The notes below the pieces were generated by a model. That model worked only from the letters and a program-made list of their open reading frames with translations, had not been told where the DNA came from and ran no database searches. From assembly GCA_041577295.1 (NCBI GenBank), contig JBFGJG010000015.1, positions 15,873 to 79,872 on the forward strand: 64,000 bases of DNA. Reading direction: 5' to 3'. Both the position numbers and the translations under genes were made by a program. Below are positions 40,016 through 48,751 of the stretch, one piece after another. Position 1 is the stretch's first letter; the number at the start of each line of letters is the position of its first letter. This DNA comes from Gemmatimonadales bacterium (GTDB taxonomy: Bacteria; Gemmatimonadota; Gemmatimonadetes; Gemmatimonadales; GWC2-71-9).

Positions 40016-40053
40016 AGGCCCGCTCCGGCTTATCCGGAGCGGGCCTACTTCTT
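40016..40053 (+). terminator. Intrinsic terminator-like hairpin
   Basis: Perfect 13-bp stem AGGCCCGCTCCGG/CCGGAGCGGGCCT with a 5-nt loop, followed by ACTTCTT, between convergent genes. Confidence 0.75.
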
Positions 40054-40454
40054 CAGGGCTCCTGCGAACCCTCGAGTACAGACTTCAGCACGCGAAGCTC
40101 CTCTTGGAGCGCTCTCACCTGCCCGTCGAACTGACTGGCCGTCATCTCCGGCGGTCGAAACTGGGTGAAGAGCAGCTCCGCGTGCTCCCCGTTTGGAATC
40201 ACGCGGGAGGCTGCAACGAGCTCGACCCCTGGCGTCGGCGAGAGGTGAAAGTCCACGACGCCACACGAGGGCGAGGTCGTCACCTTCATTTGAAAAGGGC
40301 CAGCTGGCGTGTGGACCAGCCACCTGTCGCCGGCCGGTCGAATGTCTCTACAAAAGTGTATGGCCCACCTTGGTAGGTTCTCGGGTCGCGAAACGAAGTC
40401 GTACACTGCGCGCCAGTCACGATCAACCGAGATCGTCTGCGTGTCGGACTGCAT
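40053..40454 (-). CDS. SRPBCC/polyketide cyclase-like protein
   Basis: VYDFVSRPENLPRWA, GVVD, RVIPNG..AELLFT; GGAGGG RBS. Confidence 0.8.
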   Translation of the reverse strand: MQSDTQTISVDRDWRAVYDFVSRPENLPRWAIHFCRDIRPAGDRWLVHTPAGPFQMKVTTSPSCGVVDFHLSPTPGVELVAASRVIPNGEHAELLFTQFRPPEMTASQFDGQVRALQEELRVLKSVLEGSQEP

Positions 40455-40941
40455 GACTCCCCTCCTGTAGGTGTTCACCGGGCGATGCGCTCGTGCGGCC
40501 GAGGTCGCGCAGCGCCCGCAGGGACGTGCGCAGCTGATCAGACCCGGCCCCCGTGAGCCGCTCCCCCACGTCCTTCTCCATCTCCGCGAGCACCGCTTCG
40601 GCGACCTCGCGGAACTTGCGGGACCTGCCTGACAGATAGATCCGATAAACCCGCGCATCGTCCTGATCACGAACGCGGCGGACGAGCCCCTTCTCCCTCA
40701 TGTCCCGAATCAGCGTCGTCATGGTCTGCTTGCTGAGCCCCGCACGCTCGGCCAGCTCCCCCATCTGGAGCCCCTCCTCTTCGAAGAGCGGGAGCAGAAT
40801 GGAGCCGTAGCTAGGGCGAATATCCGGGTAGCCCCTTGCCACGAATCCCTCGTAAAGCACTTCATTCCAACGCTGTAGGGCCATTGCCAAGAGGAAGCCA
40901 AGGTTGCTCGTGTTTGCTAGACCGCGATTATAGTCTGACAT
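40423..40941 (-). CDS. MarR family transcriptional regulator
   Basis: ELAERAGLSKQTMTTLIRDMREKGLVRRVRDQDDAR winged helix. Confidence 0.92.
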   Translation of the reverse strand: MSDYNRGLANTSNLGFLLAMALQRWNEVLYEGFVARGYPDIRPSYGSILLPLFEEEGLQMGELAERAGLSKQTMTTLIRDMREKGLVRRVRDQDDARVYRIYLSGRSRKFREVAEAVLAEMEKDVGERLTGAGSDQLRTSLRALRDLGRTSASPGEHLQEGSHAVRHADDLG

Positions 40942-40970
40942 CGTACTAAATATAGTACGATGTCAGACTA
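40931..40970. promoter_or_regulatory. Perfect 18-bp inverted repeat over the MarR start (probable operator)
   Basis: TAGTCTGACATCGTACTA-AATA-TAGTACGATGTCAGACTA. Confidence 0.75.
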
Positions 40971-41052
40971 CTTTCCGCAAGCCGATGTCTCGTTAGTTGG
41001 CGATGAGGGGTGGGCTAGTTCCCGGGCTTCCGTCTTCCAACCTTCGGTCCTC

Positions 41053-41823
41053 CTAGTTGCCGCGCAGCTGGTGTAGGCGCTGCTCCGCGAGCTGGTTGCC
41101 AGGCATGATCTCGAGTGCCTGCTCGAAGCTCGCGATCGCGTCGGTCGTATCGCCACGCAGCCGGTGGGCCTCGCCGAGGATGAAGTGGGTGAACCCGGAT
41201 TCGGGATAGAACTCCAAATTCAGGCTCAACATGGCGACGGCGCCGTCGAGCCGTCGCTGCTGATCGCCGGAACCGTCTGCCCCCCGGACGAGGTCGTTCC
41301 CCATGAGCATCAACATTCGCTCGCTGAAGTCATAGGCGAACCCGCCGTAATGCTCCTCCCGTAGCTGGCGGTACTCGGCGATCGCGGAATCGGTGCCGTG
41401 CTGGTTCACGGTGGCCAGGAGGATGTCTTGGATCCGCTCTGGCTTCGAGACGCCGCGGTGACAGGTTTCACACCCAACGATGATCGGCGGGTCCGACCTG
41501 CCATCCAGGTTGGCAAGGTGGGTCTCGTTGATCGCGCGGACCATCTCGATCATCTCGCGCGCTTTCCGTTTGGTCTCCTTGTCGTCCGAGACAAAATCGA
41601 ACTCTTCGAGGGGCTGCCCTTCTTCGCCTATGTGACAGAACTGACACCGCACACCAAGACCCCCGGCGAACGTCCGCATGACGCCGATGAGCTCGCGCGG
41701 TGTGATATCAGCGGGCAGGACCTTCAGGTTCTTGAGAGAGTCAGGAGGGAATTGTGCGTTGCCGTCTGCAACGCATACGACACAGATGAGAACGACCGCC
41801 CAAGTGACGCGGAACGCGGACAT
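41053..41823 (-). CDS. Secreted diheme c-type cytochrome with C-terminal TPR
   Basis: Signal peptide, KNLKVLP, CQFCH and CETCH, TPR-like tail. Confidence 0.85.
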   Translation of the reverse strand: MSAFRVTWAVVLICVVCVADGNAQFPPDSLKNLKVLPADITPRELIGVMRTFAGGLGVRCQFCHIGEEGQPLEEFDFVSDDKETKRKAREMIEMVRAINETHLANLDGRSDPPIIVGCETCHRGVSKPERIQDILLATVNQHGTDSAIAEYRQLREEHYGGFAYDFSERMLMLMGNDLVRGADGSGDQQRRLDGAVAMLSLNLEFYPESGFTHFILGEAHRLRGDTTDAIASFEQALEIMPGNQLAEQRLHQLRGN

Positions 41824-42157
41824 CGAGATCCTCCGATTGCGATTGTACACACCAAGGATACGCGGCGGGCGCGGTACCAGGATGGGGTTCGTATCAGCGA
41901 TGTGTCAGAAAACGGTCAGCGGCGGGACTCGAAGAGATCCGGACGGTGCCGGGCCGAGCAATGCGGGCGCTCGCTCGTCCCCTCCCAGAACGAGAACCTA
42001 GCTTGGCGAGCTTTGGTCGCCCGACACGACGTCCTGATCTGCCGAGATCGGCGGCCAGCTCACTGAGATCGAGCAGGGGCCGATCTGGGGAAGAAGCTAA
42101 GCGGCGGCCGTCATCCGGCCGATCGGCTAGCCGTTATCAACCCCGTTATCGGGTCCG

Positions 42158-44767
42158 TTAGCCGGCCTCGAATGGGTTCGTTGGGGTGAGCTCGGGCACC
42201 AACGCCCGAAATCGCGGATGGTCGCGGAGGCTATCCCAGGTGGGGCTGATGCGAAGCCGGGGTACGGTGAGCAGCGAGGGCATGGAAAGGGATTCTTCCA
42301 GCAGATCCAGGGCGGCATCCGAATGACGCAGCATCACATGGATCACGGCGAAATCCTGGAGTGCCGCCGGGATCATGATGGCATCGCCGACACGCCGGCT
42401 GAGCTCGAGCGCCTCCCTCCCTTCCCGCAGGGCATCGGTGTCCATTCCCAACCCCGCGTAGGCGCGCCCGAGACGGCTTTTCAGCGACGTGTGGGCAGAT
42501 GGGAGCGACGGTGGGGACTCGAGCTTTTCCTCGAGCCCGACTCGCGCGGAGTCGTAATAGACCTGCGCCAGGACCGAGTCTCCCAGGTAGCGATACATGT
42601 CCGCGATGTACAGGTACGCGTTGACACTGGCACCACGCCCCACGACGTAGGCCAGGGTATGGCTTCGCGTCATCCCTAGCAGAAGCCCGTCGAGCGCGTC
42701 GCGGTAGCGTCGCTGGTAAAACGGCACCATCTGCTCGGTGACGATGTCGCCCACCACCTTCCCAGCGGCACTGTGCACGATCTCGAGCGCCTGGTCCGTA
42801 TCGCCGAGCCCAAACAGGTATACCTGCGCAAGCGCGTCGTACGCCTCGGCCAATTGCGGGTCGAGCGCGATCGCGCGCCGAAGGTACTGCTCGGCTTCGT
42901 CGAAGCGGCGCAGCAAGAGATACGTCTCTCCAAGGAGCGTCAGCACGCGACCAGAGCGTGGATCCAACTCGGCGGCACGGTGAAGACTGGCCAGCGCTTG
43001 GTTCCACTGGCCCGCTTGCCGCATGACCGCGCCGATTTGAGCGTGAAGATCGATTCCTGGTCGATAGCTCCGCGCCGTCTCGTAGTGCGCCAACGCACCG
43101 TCGAAATCGAGACAACACCTGTACTGGTAGGTTCCGAGTGCTGAGTGCGCTTCAGGCAACGTGGGATCGAGGCTTAACGCTTCTTCCACTGCCGCGCGGG
43201 ATAGCTGTAATCGTTCCTCGGTCTGGTCAAAGCCTAACCAGTACAGATCGCCGTGCACCTCTGACAACGCGGCGTATACCAGCGCAAACTGGGGATCCGC
43301 CAACACGGACTGCTCAAACATTTCGAGGGCCGCCCGCAGGTTGACCTCATTCTGGGGACGTCGATAGTAATCGCGTCCGCGCAGATAGAGCTCAAACGCT
43401 TCGGAGATCGCCGTGGGCCGTGGAATCTGTCCGAGCTCTTCCGGGTGCAGTGCCGCGACTTCAAGCAGCTCTCCAACGGCACCGGCGATCTCGGATGTGA
43501 CATCGAACAGGTTCCCGAGATTTGCGGTGTAGACATCCGCCCAGAGGTGCGTTCCGTCGGAAGCGTTGAGGAGGCGTGGAGTGATCCGCAGCGCGCTCGT
43601 GCTGTCGCCAGGATCTTCCCGTTTCACCGATCCCAAAAGAATGAACCGAGCACCGAGCTCTTGGCCGATCAGCGTTGGACTCTTGTCGGTATCCCTATAC
43701 TGGCCCGTGCTGTTGCTGGAGATGATCGCGATCCCGCTGGCCCCTGCGAGGCGTGCCGTGAGCTCGTCACTTACGCCGGCCACGACGTACTCTGGTGCGC
43801 CGAGGTTCTCGAACGGCAGGACAGCGAGCCGCGGATCAGTACCCGCGGGTGAGCGGCTGTCCGTTGAGACGACCCGGACGGCGAACAGGAGGAGGACGAC
43901 GGCAACCGCGCTCCCCATCCAGACGCTAGCACGCCGGAACCAAGGCTGCGGCGACTGGAGGACGGGTGGTTCACTTGCAAACGGTGGGGCCGAAGGTGTT
44001 GTCTGCGGAACGGCCGCCGGCTCGATTCGGACGGCCGCGTTTCTCGAGGGCCGGCGGCGGAGCTCTTCGGCAAGGGTCGTCACCTGCGGATCGGGTTCCG
44101 CATCCAGCTCCTCCCGTAAAGCGGTTGTGTGGCGCTCCGCATGCCGGATGGCGCCCGCGCGGTCACCAGCCGCTGCCAAGGCTCGCATACGGTGCACAGC
44201 GATGTGGGTACTGTATCGATCGTGCTCCGCTGCCTGGCGCCACCACTCGGCAGCCGCGCGGAAGTCGGAACGAGCCTCCGCATCAATGGCGAGCTGCTCG
44301 AGTGCCGCACCGTAGCGACGCTCGAGACGCTCCCGCTCCCGCTCTACCCACCGCTCGAACTCCGACGCGCCACTCAGATAAAAGCCATGTAGGAAGGGAC
44401 CGGCATAGAGTGAAACCGCTTCCTCGAGATTCCCATGTGCCACGGCGTCATCGAAGGCAACGGCATCGCACCACAGCTCGTTTTGCGCCAACCCTACCGC
44501 CCCCTCCTTATCCGAGAGGAACGTGCTCTCCCCCAGCCGCTGTCGCAGACCATGGAGGGCCTGTCGCAGCGCGTTGCGCGCGCGGGACTCGTCGTGATCT
44601 GGCCAAAAGAGCCCCAGCAACCGATCGCGTCGCTGGGGACCGCGTGGCGTGCCAACGGCCAGATAGGCAAGCAACGCTACGCGTTTCGGCTGAAGTCGCA
44701 CTTCATGGGAGACCTCACCGTCAGACCGGCGAACCTCAACCAGGCCAAGTGTCCGAAACCGCAGCAT
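42158..44767 (-). CDS. BTAD/SARP-type regulator with TM, TolB-N-like and TPR regions
   Basis: QPKRVALLAYL, RNALRQAL, LWCDAVAF, LAVLPFENL, multiple TPRs. Confidence 0.85.
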   Translation of the reverse strand: MLRFRTLGLVEVRRSDGEVSHEVRLQPKRVALLAYLAVGTPRGPQRRDRLLGLFWPDHDESRARNALRQALHGLRQRLGESTFLSDKEGAVGLAQNELWCDAVAFDDAVAHGNLEEAVSLYAGPFLHGFYLSGASEFERWVERERERLERRYGAALEQLAIDAEARSDFRAAAEWWRQAAEHDRYSTHIAVHRMRALAAAGDRAGAIRHAERHTTALREELDAEPDPQVTTLAEELRRRPSRNAAVRIEPAAVPQTTPSAPPFASEPPVLQSPQPWFRRASVWMGSAVAVVLLLFAVRVVSTDSRSPAGTDPRLAVLPFENLGAPEYVVAGVSDELTARLAGASGIAIISSNSTGQYRDTDKSPTLIGQELGARFILLGSVKREDPGDSTSALRITPRLLNASDGTHLWADVYTANLGNLFDVTSEIAGAVGELLEVAALHPEELGQIPRPTAISEAFELYLRGRDYYRRPQNEVNLRAALEMFEQSVLADPQFALVYAALSEVHGDLYWLGFDQTEERLQLSRAAVEEALSLDPTLPEAHSALGTYQYRCCLDFDGALAHYETARSYRPGIDLHAQIGAVMRQAGQWNQALASLHRAAELDPRSGRVLTLLGETYLLLRRFDEAEQYLRRAIALDPQLAEAYDALAQVYLFGLGDTDQALEIVHSAAGKVVGDIVTEQMVPFYQRRYRDALDGLLLGMTRSHTLAYVVGRGASVNAYLYIADMYRYLGDSVLAQVYYDSARVGLEEKLESPPSLPSAHTSLKSRLGRAYAGLGMDTDALREGREALELSRRVGDAIMIPAALQDFAVIHVMLRHSDAALDLLEESLSMPSLLTVPRLRISPTWDSLRDHPRFRALVPELTPTNPFEAG

Positions 44768-44902
44768 TTGTCGTCGTTAGTGGAGGGTACTCTAGCGATA
44801 ACCCGCTCAGGACTCGGAGTTCCGAGAGACCGGGGGAAGACGGAAAATGATGGTGTGCGTGTGGAGCACCTCCTCCCTCCTCCCGCTTTGCTCGTTAACT
44901 CC

Positions 44903-45991
44903 TCACTGCCTCCTCCCCATTTGCTGCCAGTTCTGGGTGGAGCCGACGTTGGGATTGAATCCCGCCTGGTTGGACAAGAGGTACTCGCCGTTTGCGGATA
45001 CCCAGTAGTTGGTATAACCGGATGGGAGCTGAACATCACGGCCCGCATAGGGATCACTGTACGTCTCGACCCCGCGGATGTACTCGCTGTACTGGCGTGA
45101 CAGGCGATCCTGCGATCGTTGCTGATTCTCCCACGCCTGTTGGTACGCGGCGCTGATTTCGTCACTGGTGCGAGCAAGGTACCGGCTCAGCTCGCCAGCG
45201 GATCGAATCGCCTCCATTTGTCCCCGTTGCCACATCTCGAAGACCCGCATGTACTGTGCGAACCACGTGGGGTTCACCCTGATCGAAGAGATGATGCTGT
45301 GCAGCAAGGGGGCGTGGGCGTCGATCGTTCCCTTCACCGCACGAAACGAGAACATGCGATCGGTGATCCAGATGACGCCGGTCGGCATCATCGGTGACTG
45401 CGCAAAGACCAGCACGGGATAGAAGTCTTCCTCGTACCACTGCCCGCCGTACTCGTACTCCACGCGGACGCGCTCGGCGAGGACGCGCTTGTTGAGGCCC
45501 GGCTCGTATACATTCGTGGCCGTTTGTTGGGCGACGTCCGCTAGCTCCTGCCGCGCCACGACGCGGGCGTTGATGCCCCGACGAAACTGGGGCAGGATTA
45601 TCTGCTGGACATAGGCAGCTGCATCCCAGATTGGGGCGTGCACTATTTGCCCCAGGTATATCGATCCGGGTGGGAATCCAAAGATGCCATTCTGATCCCA
45701 GGTGAACGGAATGTTGGGATAGGTCTCGAGCATGGCGGACCCGTTGGGAGCGAACACGCGCATGATGACCGACGCGAGATTCGCCATCTCGATCCGCCAC
45801 ACCACCCCTCCCTGGACCTGCCAATCAGCTGGGACCAGCATCCGGAAGGCTTCGATGTTGTTGACCATGGGATCGTTGACCGACACAGCACGGAGTCTCA
45901 GCGTCTGGCCTTGAGCCAGCAGGGGAATTGGCGCGAGCAGAGCACACAGAACGACAAGCGCAACGGGAACCGAACGCCGACGCGACTGCAT
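44903..45991 (-). CDS. Hypothetical secreted protein
   Basis: Signal peptide, long coding-like ORF, Gln-rich helical C-terminal region; no family recognised. Confidence 0.75.
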   Translation of the reverse strand: MQSRRRSVPVALVVLCALLAPIPLLAQGQTLRLRAVSVNDPMVNNIEAFRMLVPADWQVQGGVVWRIEMANLASVIMRVFAPNGSAMLETYPNIPFTWDQNGIFGFPPGSIYLGQIVHAPIWDAAAYVQQIILPQFRRGINARVVARQELADVAQQTATNVYEPGLNKRVLAERVRVEYEYGGQWYEEDFYPVLVFAQSPMMPTGVIWITDRMFSFRAVKGTIDAHAPLLHSIISSIRVNPTWFAQYMRVFEMWQRGQMEAIRSAGELSRYLARTSDEISAAYQQAWENQQRSQDRLSRQYSEYIRGVETYSDPYAGRDVQLPSGYTNYWVSANGEYLLSNQAGFNPNVGSTQNWQQMGRRQ

Positions 45992-46122
45992 ACCGTACCC
46001 TCGTGGTATGATTTGGATGTACAAATTTCGCTCGCAAGGAATTGTGCGGGTAGGGTGGAGACCGAAAGGATCTCCTCGTATACTACCTCCGTCCAAACAC
46101 CCAAACGCACGCCGAGTGGTTC

Positions 46123-46641
46123 ATGACCCTCTTTCAAGGCACGCTCTACGAGAGTTTTCACGAAGTCGACTGGAGCACCTGGGAGCCGCGTGAACGAGCG
46201 ACGTTGCTGTTCGTCGTACGCGATGGATCCATTCTCCTGATTCACAAGAAGCGGGGCATCGGTGCCGGCAAGATCAACGGTCCAGGTGGCCGTTTGGACG
46301 ACGGCGAGTCGGCACTGGAGGGCGCCGTGCGGGAGGTGGAAGAAGAGCTGGGTGTGACACCTACGGGCGTTCGCGAAGCAGGTGTGCTCCGGTTTCAGTT
46401 TACCGATGGTCATTCGATTCTCTGCTACGTGTTCACGGCGAGTGATTGCCATGGTGAGCCAACCGCGACCGCCGAGGCAACCCCTATGTGGACACCGCTC
46501 GACCAGATTCCGTTCGATCAGATGTGGGAGGACGATCGTCTGTGGATGCCACTGATGCTGGCGGGGAAGCAGTTCGAGGGTGAGTCGCTGTTTCACGGCG
46601 AGCGGATGTTAGGCTACGAGATTCGAGAGCGGCGCCGCTAA
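46123..46641 (+). CDS. NUDIX hydrolase, 8-oxo-dGTPase-like
   Basis: KKRGIGAGKINGPGG, Nudix box GESALEGAVREVEEELG, MWEDDRLW. Confidence 0.9.
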   Translation: MTLFQGTLYESFHEVDWSTWEPRERATLLFVVRDGSILLIHKKRGIGAGKINGPGGRLDDGESALEGAVREVEEELGVTPTGVREAGVLRFQFTDGHSILCYVFTASDCHGEPTATAEATPMWTPLDQIPFDQMWEDDRLWMPLMLAGKQFEGESLFHGERMLGYEIRERRR

Positions 46642-46797
46642 TGATCACCCCCCCAGGTCGCTTCACGCTGCGAAGGTCGGCGAGCCAGGAGCGCCACTGG
46701 TTCGTTAGCGCCTAGCGCACTCGCGCGACTGGATACACCGCGCTTCTACAGACGGAGGCGCTCTGGTCAACACCGTTCGGTCGCGTACGTTTCCACG

Positions 46798-48741
46798 ATG
46801 CGCTACTCCCTCCCCCAAATCATTGTGCTGCTCACGATCTGCCTGGCCTGTCGTACGCAGCTGGATCCTCAACCACCAATCACGCTGGATCCTGAACCGC
46901 CCTTTTCCGTGGTGGAGGCGAGCATCCTCGAGCTTCAGGAAGCGATGGCGCAGGGACGCATCACATCCGAGGGACTGGTCGAGGCATACCTGCGTCGGAT
47001 TGCCGCGTACGATCAGCACGGCCCGGCGCTCAACACGATGATCCGGCTCAATTCCAATGCAATCGTGGAGGCGCGAGCACTCGACCAGGAGCGCCGCATG
47101 CGAGGCCCCCGCGGCCCGCTCCACGGTATTCCGATCGTTCTCAAGGACAACTACGACACCGAGGACATTCCCACCACCGCGGGCTCGATCAGCCTGGCAG
47201 GCGCCGTTGCGGGTCGCGACGGCTTCGTCGCGGGCCGGCTGCGCGCGGCCGGAACCGTTCTGCTCGGCAAGACCAACATGAACGAGTTCGCGCTGGGTCT
47301 CACGACGTTGAGCTCGATCACGGGCCAAACCCGGAATCCCTACAATCCAACGCGGTATCCTGGTGGGTCGAGCGGCGGTACCGCTGCAGCGGTCGCGGCA
47401 AGCATGGTTGCCGTCGGATGGGGAACGGACACGTGTGGCTCGATCCGGGTGCCTGCGGCCTTCAACGGCTTGTTCGGCCTCAGACCTACCAAAGGCTTAA
47501 CGAGTATCCAAGGCATCATCCCGCTGTGCCACAGCCAGGACGTGTCCGCGCCACTGGCCCGCACGGTGACCGACCTGGCCATCGCGCTCGACGCCACGGT
47601 GGGTTTAGACCCAAACGATCCCGCTTCCGCGATGTGGCGCGGCCAACGGGTACCGCAGTTCGTCGCGGCACTCGACTCCACGGCGCTCGAGGGTGCGCGG
47701 ATCGGCGTGCTGCGTGAGTTCTTCGGGGCGCGCGCTTCCGACGCCGAAGTGTCCGCGATGGTGCAGAAAGCGCTCGGCCGGATGCAGCAAGCGGGAGCCA
47801 CGGTGGTGGAGATCTCGATTCCCGATGTCGAGAAGCTGGCCCTGAGCGCGAGCGTCATCGCGTACGAGTTTCGCGATGACCTGCGGCACTATCTCACGGG
47901 TCACTCGGGAGCGGTCGTCCAAAGCCTTGGGGACATCCTCGAGAGGGGACTCTACCTGGCCGAGTTGGGACCGATCTATGACAGCCTGAACGCCAGCCCG
48001 GACACGACCTCTTCCGCCTATCGTCACGCGCTGGCGCAGCGCGCCACGCTTCAACGTCGGCTCCTCGAGATCCTGGCGGAACACGAGTTGCAGGCGTTGG
48101 CTTACCCGACGGTTCGGCAGGTAGCCGGCCGCATCGGGACGTCACAGCACGATCCGAATTGTGAAGCGAGCGCGAACTCGGGCTTTCCGGCCATCAGCAT
48201 TCCGGTAGGGATTTCGGAGAGCGGCGTTCCTGTTGGCATGGAGCTGTTGGGTGGGCCCCTGACCGACGCGCGATTGGTCGCGCTCGCCTACGCCTGGGAA
48301 CAGCTGGCACAACCTCGGCGCGCACCGCTCTATACCCCCGCGCTTCGCTTGCGGGCGGCGCCGCCACCGGCCAAGATCGAGGTAAGCATCACGGCTGACT
48401 CGATGGTCGCTCTCAGCTCTATCGAGTTCGATGCACCGACCGGGACACTGCGCTTCCGGACCACGGTGACCGGCATTCCGCCAGAGGAGCTACTCGCCAT
48501 TAGCCTCCATCGAGTGCCGGACTCACTCGCGACCGGAGCCGTGGTCGCGGCGCTGACCCCACCGGGTCAGTTGGAACACGAAGGGGAATTACAGCTCTCG
48601 ATGCCAGACCGCATCGCACTGCACCAGGGTCGCCTCTACCTGACCGTGCTGACCACGCGGTTTCCCCGAGGCACGTTGCGGAAACGCCTCCCGATTCCGG
48701 GAGGACCGCCTGTCAAACTGACGCCATCACCAACTCACTAA
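46798..48741 (+). CDS. Amidase-signature family enzyme, exported, with CHRD-like C-terminal domain
   Basis: LKDN, GKTNMNE, GGSSGG, GTDTCGSIRVPA; lipobox-like CLAC. Confidence 0.9.
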   Translation: MRYSLPQIIVLLTICLACRTQLDPQPPITLDPEPPFSVVEASILELQEAMAQGRITSEGLVEAYLRRIAAYDQHGPALNTMIRLNSNAIVEARALDQERRMRGPRGPLHGIPIVLKDNYDTEDIPTTAGSISLAGAVAGRDGFVAGRLRAAGTVLLGKTNMNEFALGLTTLSSITGQTRNPYNPTRYPGGSSGGTAAAVAASMVAVGWGTDTCGSIRVPAAFNGLFGLRPTKGLTSIQGIIPLCHSQDVSAPLARTVTDLAIALDATVGLDPNDPASAMWRGQRVPQFVAALDSTALEGARIGVLREFFGARASDAEVSAMVQKALGRMQQAGATVVEISIPDVEKLALSASVIAYEFRDDLRHYLTGHSGAVVQSLGDILERGLYLAELGPIYDSLNASPDTTSSAYRHALAQRATLQRRLLEILAEHELQALAYPTVRQVAGRIGTSQHDPNCEASANSGFPAISIPVGISESGVPVGMELLGGPLTDARLVALAYAWEQLAQPRRAPLYTPALRLRAAPPPAKIEVSITADSMVALSSIEFDAPTGTLRFRTTVTGIPPEELLAISLHRVPDSLATGAVVAALTPPGQLEHEGELQLSMPDRIALHQGRLYLTVLTTRFPRGTLRKRLPIPGGPPVKLTPSPTH

Positions 48742-48751
48742 GGTCCGCACA

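Noticed and set aside
42131..42162. Three CCGTTA(T/G)C direct repeats at 12-bp period
   Set aside because: Short, overlapping a stop codon, and with no supporting context.
46636..46711. attC-like CGCTAA...TTAGCG after the NUDIX gene
   Set aside because: The AAC triplet is missing and the interior pairs poorly.
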